64,000 nucleotides of DNA from Octopus vulgaris (taxonomy: Eukaryota), in contig OX597823.1 in NCBI GenBank assembly GCA_951406725.2, forward strand, positions 9,486,001-9,550,000, written 5' to 3'. The position numbers and the translations under genes are program-made. Below, in pieces: positions 13,867 through 26,878 of this stretch (its first letter is position 1; each line of letters starts with the position of its first letter). The notes below the pieces were generated by a model. The model was not told the DNA's origin. It was given only the letters and a program-made list of their open reading frames with translations, and searched no databases.

Positions 13867-15747
13867 CTAACTTTACGAGTAACAGGTGAATAGATACTTT
13901 AAAAAATTGTTGTTTTCACAAATGTTGATACGTCTTTATAACAGTAACACATGCAAAGAAACCAACAATGAACTATAAATGTGTGCGGATAAAGACATAT
14001 TTACATTTACGATACTGTATTTATACATTTATATAATTACTCAGGAGGTAGAAATAAGAGATTACAGATGAAGCGTACAAAAGATAGAACGTCGGTATTC
14101 AGATTTGTTATCTGATCAACAATCTTTAATTTCTTTTCCAAATATTATCACAGAACCCGATCAAACCCCTTTCCTATGAACGTGAGTATCTTACAATCGT
14201 CTCTGTATCTTGGTGTTACAAGTATTGGTCACTTAGAACTTAAAAACCTCAGTCGCCTTTGCATTTCGTTAACAAGGCTAATAAGGGTCTCATTAATAAG
14301 GCTCACAAGGACGGAACACATTGCGGATAAGCTGAACCATACAATATCCTTCAAATTTTGCCGAAGTCTAGCAAAATATACTTTTGTCACTCTAGATTTA
14401 CTCACAGCACCAACGCAAGCGGTATTCTCATCGTTTCAGAGATATGTGTAACGTTAATGTGTAACGTTAATTTATGGCGAGATGGAAAACAAATAAAAGT
14501 ATTGAATTTAAACTACGTTCGTGCGCATACACCCATGTCTACATTTTCTTTCTTATCAGTCAATAAGAAATCAAGTATTAACTTTGTTATTTCCTCGAAT
14601 CCCTCTTATTAGCATGAACGATTATATAAGGAATCTAGCCCAACTATCACCAAAACTTCCTTAAATCGAGTGACCATTATATATGAGAAATATTATATTT
14701 CGTATATGAATACGGCTTCGTTCTCTTTGGACGAGGAAGTCAAACTGCTTTAAAAAATAATGCCCAGGAAGTTATTTATCAAAGCGTCAAGTGCAGTAAG
14801 CAATTATATTTTCTTTTTCTATTTTTATTACGAAGTACTTTCTAAGGTTTTACACGTTCTGTTTTACACATTCAAGTACCTTAGATTTTATGCCACAGCC
14901 TGCATGGTGGTATTTCATCTTTACTTACTGCGTTTATGAATATGTCATGGATCAATACGGTGTCATTCACTTCCATATTTGGCTTAGGTTTGCGATGGAT
15001 CTCAATATAAATGGTATGATGGTTTTAACAAAGTAGAAATATTTGTTTGATTTTATTTGATTATATATTTGGATACGCATTTTATAACGTACTGTTTGGC
15101 TATAAGTTGCAGGCAACATAACAACAAATGTAAAGACAATATTAAAAATCTTGTACATGTAACTTAATAGACATCGGTCATTCCGTGTTTCACGAAAACT
15201 ATGTAGTTTAATGATAATTGTACCACTCAATTCCGAAGAGAAGACGTAGTTGACACTCATAAAATATGATTTTGGGGAAAACATTACTTATAGTGAAATA
15301 GAGAAAAACGTAATCCAATGAAATAGAAGAAATAAAAACAAGATAAAATGAAATTACTTCACCTGGAAGCATACAGGTATTGAAACGTTTTTTTTTTTTT
15401 TTATCAGTGAACCTGTCCTAACATTAGAAGAAGTGAAGAAGATAAGTTAATAAACCAGTGATGGACTAAACTTTAAATCATTGTCGTAAATTAAAAACTA
15501 CAGTGTATGTTCTATAAATATATTGAATGATGAAATATATTTCAAATTGTCTTCTCGATCAGGTCTTGTCGTGTGAATGAGCAAACATGCGACTAAATAC
15601 AATATATGCATGACTATGCCGATCCCATCAGTGACTATATTCTCCATCACGCCCACCATTTTTCAAGACGGTTCAGAAGAATGTTATTTAATGTAAATTT
15701 TATTGTTTTACTGAATTGTGTAATAGTGTGTGTGTGTGTGTATTTGT

Positions 15748-15819
<72 letters not shown>

Positions 15820-15834
15820 GTGTGTGCGTGCGTA

Positions 15835-16022
15835 CCGTTGGCGTTTTTTCCTCCGTCTTCCCTTCCTTGGATCTTTCCTTTTCCTATGTTTCTGACGAAG
15901 AGCTCCGCTCGAAACGTTAAATCCTCCTTTTTTTCCTTTCCTGAGCGTCCAATAACACTATACTTGTTCCACGTTCTTGCGTTGTTTTGTTTTCTCTTTG
16001 TGTTTTCATGTTCGGATTAACT
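15835..16022 (+). mobile_element. Penelope-like pLTR fragment between (TG)n and (TA)n
   Basis: Homologous to 55208-55385 and 34904-35015; contains a hammerhead. Confidence 0.65.
15888..15922 (+). ncRNA. Minimal type I hammerhead ribozyme, intact core
   Basis: gttt-CTGACGA-a-gagc-tcc-gctc-GAAAC-GTT-aaat. Confidence 0.75.
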
Positions 16023-16129
16023 ATATATATATATACGTGCGTGTGTGTGTGTGTGTGTACATACATATACATACAAATACACGTTGGTATATATATTGTA
16101 TATGTATATATGTATGTATATATATAAAT

Positions 16130-16620
16130 AAGTTCAGCAAAATTTAGATTCAAATGAATACGGTACTTAAGTTAGATGCACCAGAATTTTGTATGGTGTT
16201 ATCCATATAAACCCAAGGGCTGATTATAATCAAAATCAGCAACAAGAATAACTTCGGTAATTTGGTACGATCGTTTCACACTACATCATTTTATTAAATG
16301 TTGTAAGTATTACAACTGTTTTAAAATGCTGAGCACTCATCAGCCATTAATAGAGGTTTTCCATTAATACATAATTTTCATATCAAGTGATAACATTATA
16401 GAGAAGGTAGATATATAGACAAAGATGTGGATTAAAATTTTAAGAACATTTAAGGTAGTGGAGTTTATCAACTGACTGAATAATATTCAGTGCTATGAAC
16501 TGCTAGAAGGTTCTGAGAAGAATGGACAAATGAAAGACGAGAAAAATTTTCTATTTATAGAACTAGGGGTGAAATAGATGTCAAACTTCCATATAAAGAA
16601 ATTTAGGTAGATAGAAAAGG
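16130..16620 (-). mobile_element. Penelope-like terminal fragment (second family)
   Basis: Shares gaata(c/t)(g/a)gtacttaagtt..gcacc.gaattt with 25511 and 51108, each beside a microsatellite; carries a hammerhead; right boundary approximate. Confidence 0.55.
16263..16346 (-). ncRNA. Type I hammerhead ribozyme with extended stem II, intact core
   Basis: Minus strand tgg-CTGATGA-long stem capped by gttgtaa/ttacaac-GAAAC-gatc-GTA-cca. Confidence 0.7.
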
Positions 16621-16899
16621 GTTGTTTTCTATCTACCTAAATTCCGATCGATCGATAGATGGATCAATGGATGGATGGATGGATGTGTGTGGGGGGTGTA
16701 TGTGTGTGTGTGTGTGTTTGCGCGCTTTGTTTGGAGATTTTGAGATGTTAACATAAATTTAGATGTGGTGGTCAGGGATAGGCCGCCCACATAATTTGGA
16801 ATTTCTCCGTTTACACGGGAATTTTTCAGATTTTTTTTCACTTTGCTCTAGGAAATGAGGCGTGGCGGGGGATCTTTCGAACAAGAGCAATTCTCGAAA

Positions 16900-17098
16900 A
16901 TGGTCAATTTAGAGGGCACTACGCACTTACAAACCAGGGGAGAAACCTTTCCGTTACATAAAAAATAATTCAACCCCACATTTATGAATTTGTTTCTCTC
17001 AGGATGATACATGGAATATCTTTCTTCTTTTATTTTCTTTTAACGAAAATGTTTCTCCCCTCGTTCTTAAGCGTGTAGTGCATACAAAATCGACCAAA
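16900..17098. repeat. Inverted-repeat element (probable MITE relic)
   Basis: tggtcaattt..gcactacgcactta..aggggagaaac vs gtttctcccct..taagcgtgtagtgc..aaatcgacca. Confidence 0.55.
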
Positions 17099-17562
17099 AT
17101 CGGTCCGAGATGAGGAGTTTTAAAAAAATCATCATATTCCTGACGTCCCCCAACATAGAAATGAAACTATAAGAAAATCTGTATTACTGTTCCTTTCACT
17201 TTGGATCTATTCTCATCGAGCAGACGACATCTGATAACGAATATGTTTTGAGGTGTGAAGGACCACTTTATCCAATATTTTCTTCCTTTAATTGAGTCAT
17301 TAATGTGTGAGTGATTTGAAGATGTTGTACTATGTAGCAGCTCCAGAATTTTACAGCGATTCATGTGTTGTACATGACAACAGTACTTAAGCAGCGAAGT
17401 TTGCCGAAAATCTATTCAATGCTTCAGATGGCGAATTGGCCAGAATAGAACTAGAAGTAGTATCCTAAATCATAGTTTAAATACAATGATATACGCATAT
17501 ACGTGTGTGTGTATACATACACACATTTACATATACATGTAAATGCATACTACATATATATG

Positions 17563-17599
<37 letters not shown>

Positions 17600-17644
17600 A
17601 CGTATGTATATATATATATATATATATAACTACACACACATATA

Positions 17645-17692
17645 CTTACTCTTTTACTTGTTTCAGTCAGTTGACTGTGGCCATGCTGGAGC
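17645..17692 (-). mobile_element. 3' tail of SINE family C
   Basis: cttttacttgtttcagtcagttgactgtggccatgctggagc. Confidence 0.75.
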
Positions 17693-19060
17693 AATACACA
17701 CACACACACTTCAGTAATTCTCTTAGTATAAACGTGAGACCTTGTGGCATTGAAATTGGCAATAAAGTGACATATATATATATATATATTAAGTACATTG
17801 GATTGGGAAAAAATAATAGGAAGAAATATATGTTCATAAATGTTTTCCTTATAATAGAAGGATAAATATTAAGACTTACTTGATTTAGCACTATATAATC
17901 AAATATATTGAGGATTTCTTCTTAAGTGTAAATATGTTTTGAATTAATTGAAATTTGGTTATTTTTGTTGTATTTATATTTTAAGGACGTCTTCGAAGGT
18001 GATTTACATGAATTGATAAATCTTGAGGTAAAATAAAATACATGCAATAGCAATTGGCCATGAAGGAACTATAAATGAACTGGAAGAAAGCAGACGACAC
18101 TATCAGGAGGAAGATGGACTGAGTAGTAGTAGGAGGAGGAGGTAAGAGCAGGGAGATTAAGACGAAATGAGAGAGAAATATACACATATTACGAAAGAGA
18201 GATAAAAAGAGAGAGAGAGAGAGAGAGAGAGGGACAGAAAGAGAGAGGGAGAGAGAGAGGGAAAGAAAGAGAGAGGGAGAGAAAGGGGGGAGAGAGAGGG
18301 AGAGAGAGAGGGAAAAAGACAGAGAGAGACAGACAGACAGACATCAGACAGACAGACATCAGACAAACTGAAAGACAGATAATAAAATGGAGAGTAAGCG
18401 GACTCTGAAAATGTAAAAGAGGAAAAATTTATAATGGAGTGGGAGATGAAGAGAGGGTAAGAGAGATAGAAAGAAGCAATTCATTATATAAGAGAAGCCT
18501 TACGTACACACATGCACACACACATGAGTTCACTCCACACATACGCACATATATGTAGACAAACACACGCACACACCTTCACAGATACACGCGCACTCAC
18601 TCACATAGGTACACACGAGAGCATACACACATTCGCATTGCAATTCGGTTTCGTAAGTGTTAACCGGTGAAAAAAACGTATAAGTAGCAAGAGATATGTT
18701 GAAACAGGACGAGACGCGAACGAAAAGATACATCGTATAGATTTGAGGACAGGAAAATGAATTCAACCAATTGATACACAAAGAGAAAACGTTATGCACG
18801 TCGTGTAAGGATAGAAAGCGATACGTCATGGCAGACGTAACTGTTTTGACTGAGAAAATATTTTTTTATCAAATGGCAAATAGCACAATCATCATCATTG
18901 TTCGACCGTTGTCGAGACAATGGAACTTACCATGCTACGACAGACTTCACGGTCTATCATGGCATTACGGAGGTCCTGTTGCTGGATGCCTGTATCCCTG
19001 GAGATTACATCAGGTAGGAGAGTGTGCGCCCTCTGGTGTAGCGAGTAGATGGCACAAACT

Positions 19061-19105
<45 letters not shown>

Positions 19106-19584
19106 CACACGTACTTACAATACACAGAAATTATACAGCCATACATATATACGTTCATACATACATCTACTTAGAGTTTTTGTGTATCCGTGTCACTATA
19201 TAAATGTATATACGTACTATGAAACAATATGAGTCGAACTTTAAAACAATTAAACAATTTATGATTTAATATTTTATAAAACGTTCATACTAAATAAGGA
19301 TGTGCATGAAATATAAATTTTACTATGAACTGCCATTAAGTAAGATTTACAATAAAATTAGACATTGATCGTGAGATTTATCATATTAGAAGAGAATAAA
19401 ATTTTGAGAGCTACTAAAAACAAATCTTCTAAAATCGTTTTAAATAATGAAATATAATTTTAAGATGGTCTAACATGGTGCATATAATTCATGAACAAAA
19501 AATGCAGACACCTGCTTTAAAAATACCTGTGCACAAATGTGGCTGGGATATATGTTTGTATATCGCGCGACGAGTATGAGTATA

Positions 19585-20152
19585 CAGTGGGGGGGGGGGG
19601 AATAAATATTCATACATGTCAAAATTCTTCATTTATTTCATTTCTAATGAACATAAATGGGATATACCAATACTATATTTGCATACACATGCATAAACTA
19701 AGAATATGCCAAAGAAACTAATAAATTATAGTAACTAAGGAATTTGTATTCAATTATAAATATTTGTACTGAACATAAATAACTGATAATTCTGATTTAA
19801 TACTTCGTAACATAACCATTATTCAGTTCCACTTCAACCAATCTCTTCTTGTAGTTCCTAATCAATGACTTACATGTTTCTTTAGGAATTTTTTCCCATT
19901 CTTCTTGACAAATTTTCTTCAAATCTGCATTGCACGTTGGGGCTCTTGAATGAATTTTAATTTTCAAATAACGCCACAAATATTCAATGGGGTTCAAGTC
20001 AGGTGACTGCCTTGGCCATTCTAATAATTTTGTATTGTGATCGACAATTCATTTTTTGGTAGACTTCGCCGTGTGCTTAGGGTCGTTACCCTGTTGTAAA
20101 ACCCACCCTTCACAAAGCTGGAGCTTTTATACAGAATCCCATAAATTATTGT
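19585..20152 (-). mobile_element. Tc1 (DD34E) transposase 3' fragment with one TIR
   Basis: [36 protein letters not shown]; 34 residues from the D-equivalent (mutated to G) to E; TA-CAGTGG terminus. Confidence 0.92.
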
Positions 20153-20361
20153 TATAGGGAATTTTGTGGTTTACACTGTTCTCTCTAGCGTGTTGAATTG
20201 CCTATAAGTGGATTCCTTATGTGTTTAAATATACACTATATCGTATGACTAATATATAGTCTTCTTGACTAATTTTTTTGCGCATTAGACCACTGGAAAT
20301 GTAAATTTTGATTGAATGTTTTAATTTTAATTAAATTCCATTTCCCTTTCACATGATAAAA

Positions 20362-20467
<106 letters not shown>

Positions 20468-21229
20468 CTTTCATAAGTGTTAGTGTATTTACCAATATAT
20501 GTACGTGTGTGTGTTTGTAAACAGACTAACAGGTATGCTAGTATATTGATAGGTGGTATAACAAAATATAAATTCATTCAAAAATATTTTGCTTATATTA
20601 TAACAATTGATATAAATCCATTTGACACGATATAACAAAATGATATCTTAAGAAGATCTATGTATTCGCTTTTGAAGTATGCAAACGTGAATATTTTCAT
20701 GATTATTTGCATTTTAAAAGATTGTCCGGGAAAATGGTCTTTTATGGACAACATGCAATACCGACTAGTTATGGAGAAACTGTGGTAGAAAAGATCTCAC
20801 TGGAAGAAGCAGACGACACTATTTGAGTTGTAGGGGCAAGTAAAGTGGAAGATTTAGAGAAACAGAAACAGGGAAAGAAATATATGTAATGAACGTGTGG
20901 TTGTATGTAGGAGAGAGAGAGAGAGAAAGAGAGAGAAGAGAAGATACAGAAAGAGAGAGAGAGAGAGAAAGGAGAAGGGACAGAAAGAGAAACAGACAGA
21001 AAGAGAGGACAAAGAGAGAAAGATAGAACGAAAGAAAGTATGTACATGCATACATACGATCGATCGATCCATCCATCCATCCATGCATCCATCCATCTAT
21101 CTGTTATGTCGTACGTTCGGATGACCTATACTCTACTCTCACTGCTACTCTGCTCGGCGTCTTGGCTTCTCCCTCTATATCTACGTATTGGGCTAGCCTA
21201 CTTCCTCGTCTGGGGGCGTCCACACAATA

Positions 21230-21320
<91 letters not shown>

Positions 21321-21345
21321 CCTACCTATCTATCTATCTATCTAT

Positions 21346-22247
21346 CCAAAGATCCCTGGCCTGGCAGTGCTACCGAGAAGCGCTACCCGTTCGGGATAAG
21401 CTCTGCAGACACGGCTCGAGAAACACGGGGCCGACCTGCCCGAGATGCGGTCAGAGCGACGAAACCGGTCTGCACGCACTCGTTCAGTGTCCAACAATTT
21501 CCGACCTGTGGGCTTATGTCGAACAACTGCTGTCACGTGTGGGACGAGTCGGTTTATCCGCTGAGTCTATCGTCAATATTGTCGCGCCTCCTTCCTTCAA
21601 ACGGGAAGGAAGAGCTATTTTCATCATACTTGTGGCTATGGCGAAAGAATGTATCTGGTGGACGCGTCTGAAAGGATTGGAGACAAACACTTTCCTCTCT
21701 GGTCAATCTCTCATCAACTTCTTCAAGTACCACTTGAAAAGGAAAGTGAGAGTAGAGAGGCAAGTTTTGTCTAGCGAATGTTTTAAAAAAAGATGGGTGA
21801 ATGTAGCAAGAATGGCACGTATGAATGACGAAGCCACCTTGAGCTAGTTCTATGAACCCAGAAATCGAAAACAGAGAGTTGCTTATTTGCAAAAAAAAAA
21901 AAAAAGAAATATAAAATGTGACTTCATTGACCGAGGTTACCGTGGTCTTTTCCGTAGGCTTTTCTTTCCACGGGTAAACCTCACCTGTCCTCCCCTTTAC
22001 ACTTCATATTGACATTTCTGTGATAACGATCCCTATTGATCAATTTTTTCCTCCCCCCTTTTTTTTTAACCCCCCTTTTTTTGTCCTCTTTCTCTCCTTT
22101 TACGATCCCTTTTGATCGATTTTATTTTACTCCCCCTTCTTTTTTTTTTTATTATTATTTATTTTTTTTTTTAAACCTTCAAAAGAAAAGCTCTACCTTG
22201 TAATTTGTTCTATCTGTGTGCAGCCCTGTGTGGCTAATAAAGAAACA
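21346..22247 (+). mobile_element. Tx1/L1-group LINE, 5'-truncated (C-terminal CCHC zinc knuckle plus 3'UTR) inside (ATCT)n
   Basis: Open frame QRSLAWQCYREALPVRDKL..CPRCGQSDETGLHALVQC..AKECIWWTR..*21847; (TCTA)n on both sides. Confidence 0.85.
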
Positions 22248-22287
<40 letters not shown>

Positions 22288-22316
22288 ATTCTATATCCAT
22301 CTATCTATCTATCTAC

Positions 22317-22365
<49 letters not shown>

Positions 22366-22366
22366 A

Positions 22367-22401
<35 letters not shown>

Positions 22402-22412
22402 ATTCTATATCC

Positions 22413-22491
<79 letters not shown>

Positions 22492-22512
22492 AATCTATCT
22501 ATCTATCTATCC

Positions 22513-22608
<96 letters not shown>

Positions 22609-22680
22609 GTCTATCTATCTATCTATCTGTCTATCTATCTATCTATCTATCTATCATACTATATCCATCTATCTATCTAT
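22248..22680. repeat. (ATCT)n microsatellite
   Basis: Seen directly. Confidence 0.95.
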
Positions 22681-23199
22681 CAGCTTGTTTATCTGTATGT
22701 CTGTCCGTCTGTTTTTCTCTGTGTCTGTGTTTGTGTGTGTGTATGTGTGTGAGTTTCAATGCAAGTATGTACATACTTAAATACATATAAAGTGTACTTA
22801 TACACATATAAACTAATGCATGCAGGTGTTCGATTACACTAACTTAAATTTGGGACTTTGAATCTATGCAGGAAAGAATAGGCCAACGAAGTAACCAAGT
22901 AATTTATTGCTAATTCTACATTGCTGGCAGCGAGAATAGTCTTGTACAGAATGAATTCAGGTTTAGAATTTATCGCATTTTATGAAATACTATTCTCGCC
23001 TTAACAACAGGGGTGGGCATTAAAGCATAATTCATTCAGTATACAAACTGGTCTGAACGAGAAAGCGAACAAACTACTCTCAAACATGGCATTCATGCTG
23101 AAAGGTTATAAGGTTATATCGCCAACACAGTTTTAAGGAAGGGTTAAAAATGATTTTGTAGGTAAACTGAATTTGTCCAAGCATATGTAAGTGCAAGTG

Positions 23200-23563
23200 T
23201 GGAGGTGCAATGGCCCAGTGGTTAGGGCAGTGGACTCGCGGTCATGGGATCGCGGTTTCGATTCCCAGACCGGGCGTTGTGAGTGTTTATTGAGCGAAAA
23301 ACACCTAAAGCTCCACGAGGCTCCGGCAGGGGATGGTGGTGATCCCTGCTGTACTCTTTCACCACAACTTTCCCTCACTCTTACTTCCTGTTTCTGTTGT
23401 ACCTGTATTTCAAAGGGCCGGCCTTGTCACTTTCTGTGTCACGCTGAATATGTCCGAGAACTACGTTAAGGGTGCATGTGTCTGTGGAGTGCTCAGCCAC
23501 TTACACGTTAATTTCACGAGCAGGCTGTTCCGTTGATTCGTAACCGACGGAGTGCTTCCATCC
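23200..23563 (+). mobile_element. tRNA-derived SINE family A
   Basis: Near-identical to 3000-3383, with a small tail deletion. Confidence 0.9.
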
Positions 23564-23587
23564 AAGTGCAAGTATTTCTGCATATGA

Positions 23588-23624
<37 letters not shown>

Positions 23625-23628
<4 letters not shown>

Positions 23629-23881
23629 GTGAAATAGAAAGATGAATAATCTTGTAGTAGATTAATCAAAAGTTTAACCGATACCTTAGTAGCAAAAATC
23701 ACAGCAGTAAACAGCACGGTTGGAGGTACAACCATATGGTGTTGCAACCGTGCGTTGGTGCGGATAATTGAAATTAAAACATTATTGGTGAATTGAAGAA
23801 ATGGAGCTGAACGCAGATTGAACAGAAATCGTTTTATTTCATTCTACACGTGTTTCGAAAGGCACAAATTACCAAAATCCG

Positions 23882-23885
<4 letters not shown>
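23625..23885 (-). mobile_element. Penelope-like fragment between (TA)n arrays with the 3' half of a hammerhead
   Basis: Minus strand cGAAAC-acgt-GTA-gaatg; internal IR gcacggttg/caaccgtgc. Confidence 0.4.
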
Positions 23886-23928
<43 letters not shown>

Positions 23929-24224
23929 GATTTAAGCAACAAGTTGCTTCACCACATATCGAAAATTTAGAAGTAGCAGCCAAAAGCAGCTTATTCCTTT
24001 TTACTGCAGATATTACTCCACAGATAACAATATTTGTAGCTCACAGAGGCAAAACGAAGGAAAAATAACGAATTTAAACAGCCTTCGATTAATTGTGGAA
24101 GCGTTTCTGGGTTAGAATTATACAAATTCATTCCCATCCTCAATGATTCGATAATTTATAAATTATTAATAAATTAATAATCCTTTACCCTTATATTTGT
24201 AAATATATATATATATATATATAT

Positions 24225-24599
24225 ATATAAACGGCAGTTTGTCTGTGCGTTTTCTGTGTGTCTGTTTTCTCGTACCCTCACTCTGACCACGGCTTTCAAC
24301 CGATTCTGATGAAACTTGACACACACATAGCCCAATGTCATAATTCAAAACTAACGCAGCGAAAATTTTGAAAAGTTCCCCCAGTTCTGAAAAAAATCGA
24401 TAAATTCGACATGGGGTCGAGAATCAGAAACCCAAACCACAGACCGTCTAGGGGACGCAACTCCACCTTTTTTAACTCTCAAAAAAAATTTACCATAATA
24501 TTTTTTCCATTTTTTTGCTATTTTTTGGCTATAACTCTCTAAAAATGCTTTATAGTTATTTCCCTTACAAACCTGAGCAACGCCGGGCGATACTGCTAG
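24225..24599 (+). mobile_element. Non-autonomous Helitron
   Basis: 3' hairpin cctgagcaacgccggg then CTAG|T; 3' ~90 nt shared with 51959 and 61746. Confidence 0.75.
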
Positions 24600-25350
24600 T
24601 ATATATATATATTTATATATATATATATAGATTGATAGATAAAGAGGGATGGATAGCTATGGATAAAGATATGCTAAAACATATCTATGCAGATAAGTTG
24701 TGTCGTCTGTGCATGTATGTGTATGTATGTTCATGTATATATGTGTATACTATATTTACACGCATACAGGTATATGAAATCGAAGCGGTAAGCGGTGGTG
24801 TATGTTAATAATATATACTCAACACTTCTATAACTTCTATACATGCATATATGCGTTCTCATAGGCCGTATGTTTGTACGTATTCGCTTTGTGTGTATTT
24901 GAATATATGTGATTGAGAGCGTTCGGTTACCTGAAAGTGTACACTAGATTCCGTACACGTGTTCTACGTGTATGATTGCATTCACGCGTGTATTAGTGTC
25001 TGTGTAATACTGTGTACTATAGGTGCCAGAGATGCATTCCCTCACACTAAATAATCTATTATCAGCGAAGGGGACACTCCTGCTACTGCCGGCAAATTGT
25101 TTGTCCGTATATTATTCCGTTTATTTTATTTTTGTGTCTTATATGATACGAACATCTGCATGATCAAAATGTCTTAGTCCTTGTGCTACTGCTGAAGAGA
25201 GGGAAACGGTCAAGTTTTACAGTTTTGAAATTATAAATCTGTCAAGAAATATATAAAGACAATAGTATGCGTGTTAATTTAGTCACATTATATATATGCT
25301 CGTATATATATATCCATTTGTTTGCATGCAAACACGTGGCTATAAATACA

Positions 25351-25508
<158 letters not shown>

Positions 25509-25510
25509 TA

Positions 25511-25955
25511 CAGATGAATATGGTACTTAAGTTGAGGCACCAGAATTTATTACGGTATTATCCAGACAATTTCAAAGTAAGGTGATTAAAATCAAAATAA
25601 GCAACAAGGATATCCAGTGGTAATGCAGTACGATCGTTTCATGCAACCCCATTTAATTGAACAGATGGACACATTAGTATAATTATACCTAAAATCTCCA
25701 AGACGTTAAGGAAATAGACAAAGAACATGCTGTCTCACTCCACTATAGAAATAACTTCTATGCTGGAGTGAGGCAGTATGTTCTTTGTCTATCTCCTGAA
25801 CTTCTTGGAGATTTTAGGTCCATCTGTTCTAATTCAATTAAATTCTATGCTTTTGTGCAGCTGAAAATTGCTCTGCCTTTTAAATTGATGTAATGATTGC
25901 ATTGTTCAATTAAATGGAGTTGCATGAAACGATCGTACTGCCTTACATCTGAATA
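25511..25955. mobile_element. Penelope-like terminal fragment with inverted duplication
   Basis: Outer IR 25625-25663 vs 25902-25941; inner hairpin 25687-25819. Confidence 0.6.
25857..25941 (+). ncRNA. Hammerhead with long stem II (core CTGAAAA, one substitution)
   Basis: gcag-CTGAAAA-long stem-GAAAC-gatc-GTA-ctgc. Confidence 0.6.
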
Positions 25956-26005
25956 TTATTGTTGGTTATTTTGATTATATATATATTGATATAAAGATAT
26001 ACATA

Positions 26006-26813
26006 CAGGTTGCGATGTGTAAATTGTTGCCATTACATATTTTTTATTTCGCATATGCACATTGTTTTTTTTTATTATTTTGTCGACTACCCAGTATAGT
26101 AGGGACATTTGGGCGCCGTCTGTGAGAAACAGCACCATGACAAATCACCCAGCCAGAAAGTTGGCAACGACATGCTATACCGCTTTGCAATCGCGCCAGA
26201 AGCTCCAATACGGACAGATGGTGAACAGACGGAATATACGTTGGCTTAGCGTGTCCCCAAAATGTATAGCAAGAGTGATAAACATCAAACATCCTGTCAG
26301 CATCATGGCGTTTGGAGTGATCACCAGTGATGGCGACTTTATGCCTCCATTCCTCTTCCCACACGATCTCAGACACAACAAGGAGGCCCACATCAAGTGC
26401 CTGGAGGAGGTAGCTGCTAGAAGACCCTATGTCTGACAACAGGACTCTCCACCATGCCACAAATGTAGGAGAACCCAGTTATGACTGACAGAAATTTTCT
26501 GTGAGCACATCACATCGAACATCTGGCTACATAACACCCCAGACTGCAACGCCCTTGATTATTATGTGTGGACCGCAGTTGAGCTAAAAACCGAGCAAAA
26601 CTCCTTGTAACAACAAAGATGAACCAAAGGCAAGAATTATGGCAGGTTTGACTTAAACAGAGAGATTCCGAAGTCATCTTCAGAGCGTAGTTGAAATCAA
26701 TGGCAATTTTGTGAACTAAATTTACTCTTTAGTATTTCAAGATATTTTTTATGTTATTTTGGTAAATATATCTGTTAAAATGAGATGTACATTAATCTTA
26801 ATCTTGCACAACA
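26006..26813 (+). mobile_element. maT/DD37D transposon relic, internally deleted
   Basis: KHPVSIMAFGVITSDG..QQDSPPCH..PDCNALDYYVW with exactly 37 residues between the D residues; TA-CAGG terminus; in-frame stops. Confidence 0.88.
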
Positions 26814-26819
26814 AATATT

Positions 26820-26878
<59 letters not shown>

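Noticed and set aside
21180-21230. HDV-like ribozyme
   Set aside because: Could not build P1/P3/P1.1; only one terminal stem is visible
22216-22790. Long YLSI-repeat ORFs, and all [12 protein letters not shown] and poly-I/N/L ORFs
   Set aside because: Stop-free readings of microsatellites
23200-23275. tRNA gene
   Set aside because: tRNA-derived SINE head continuing into a multi-copy body
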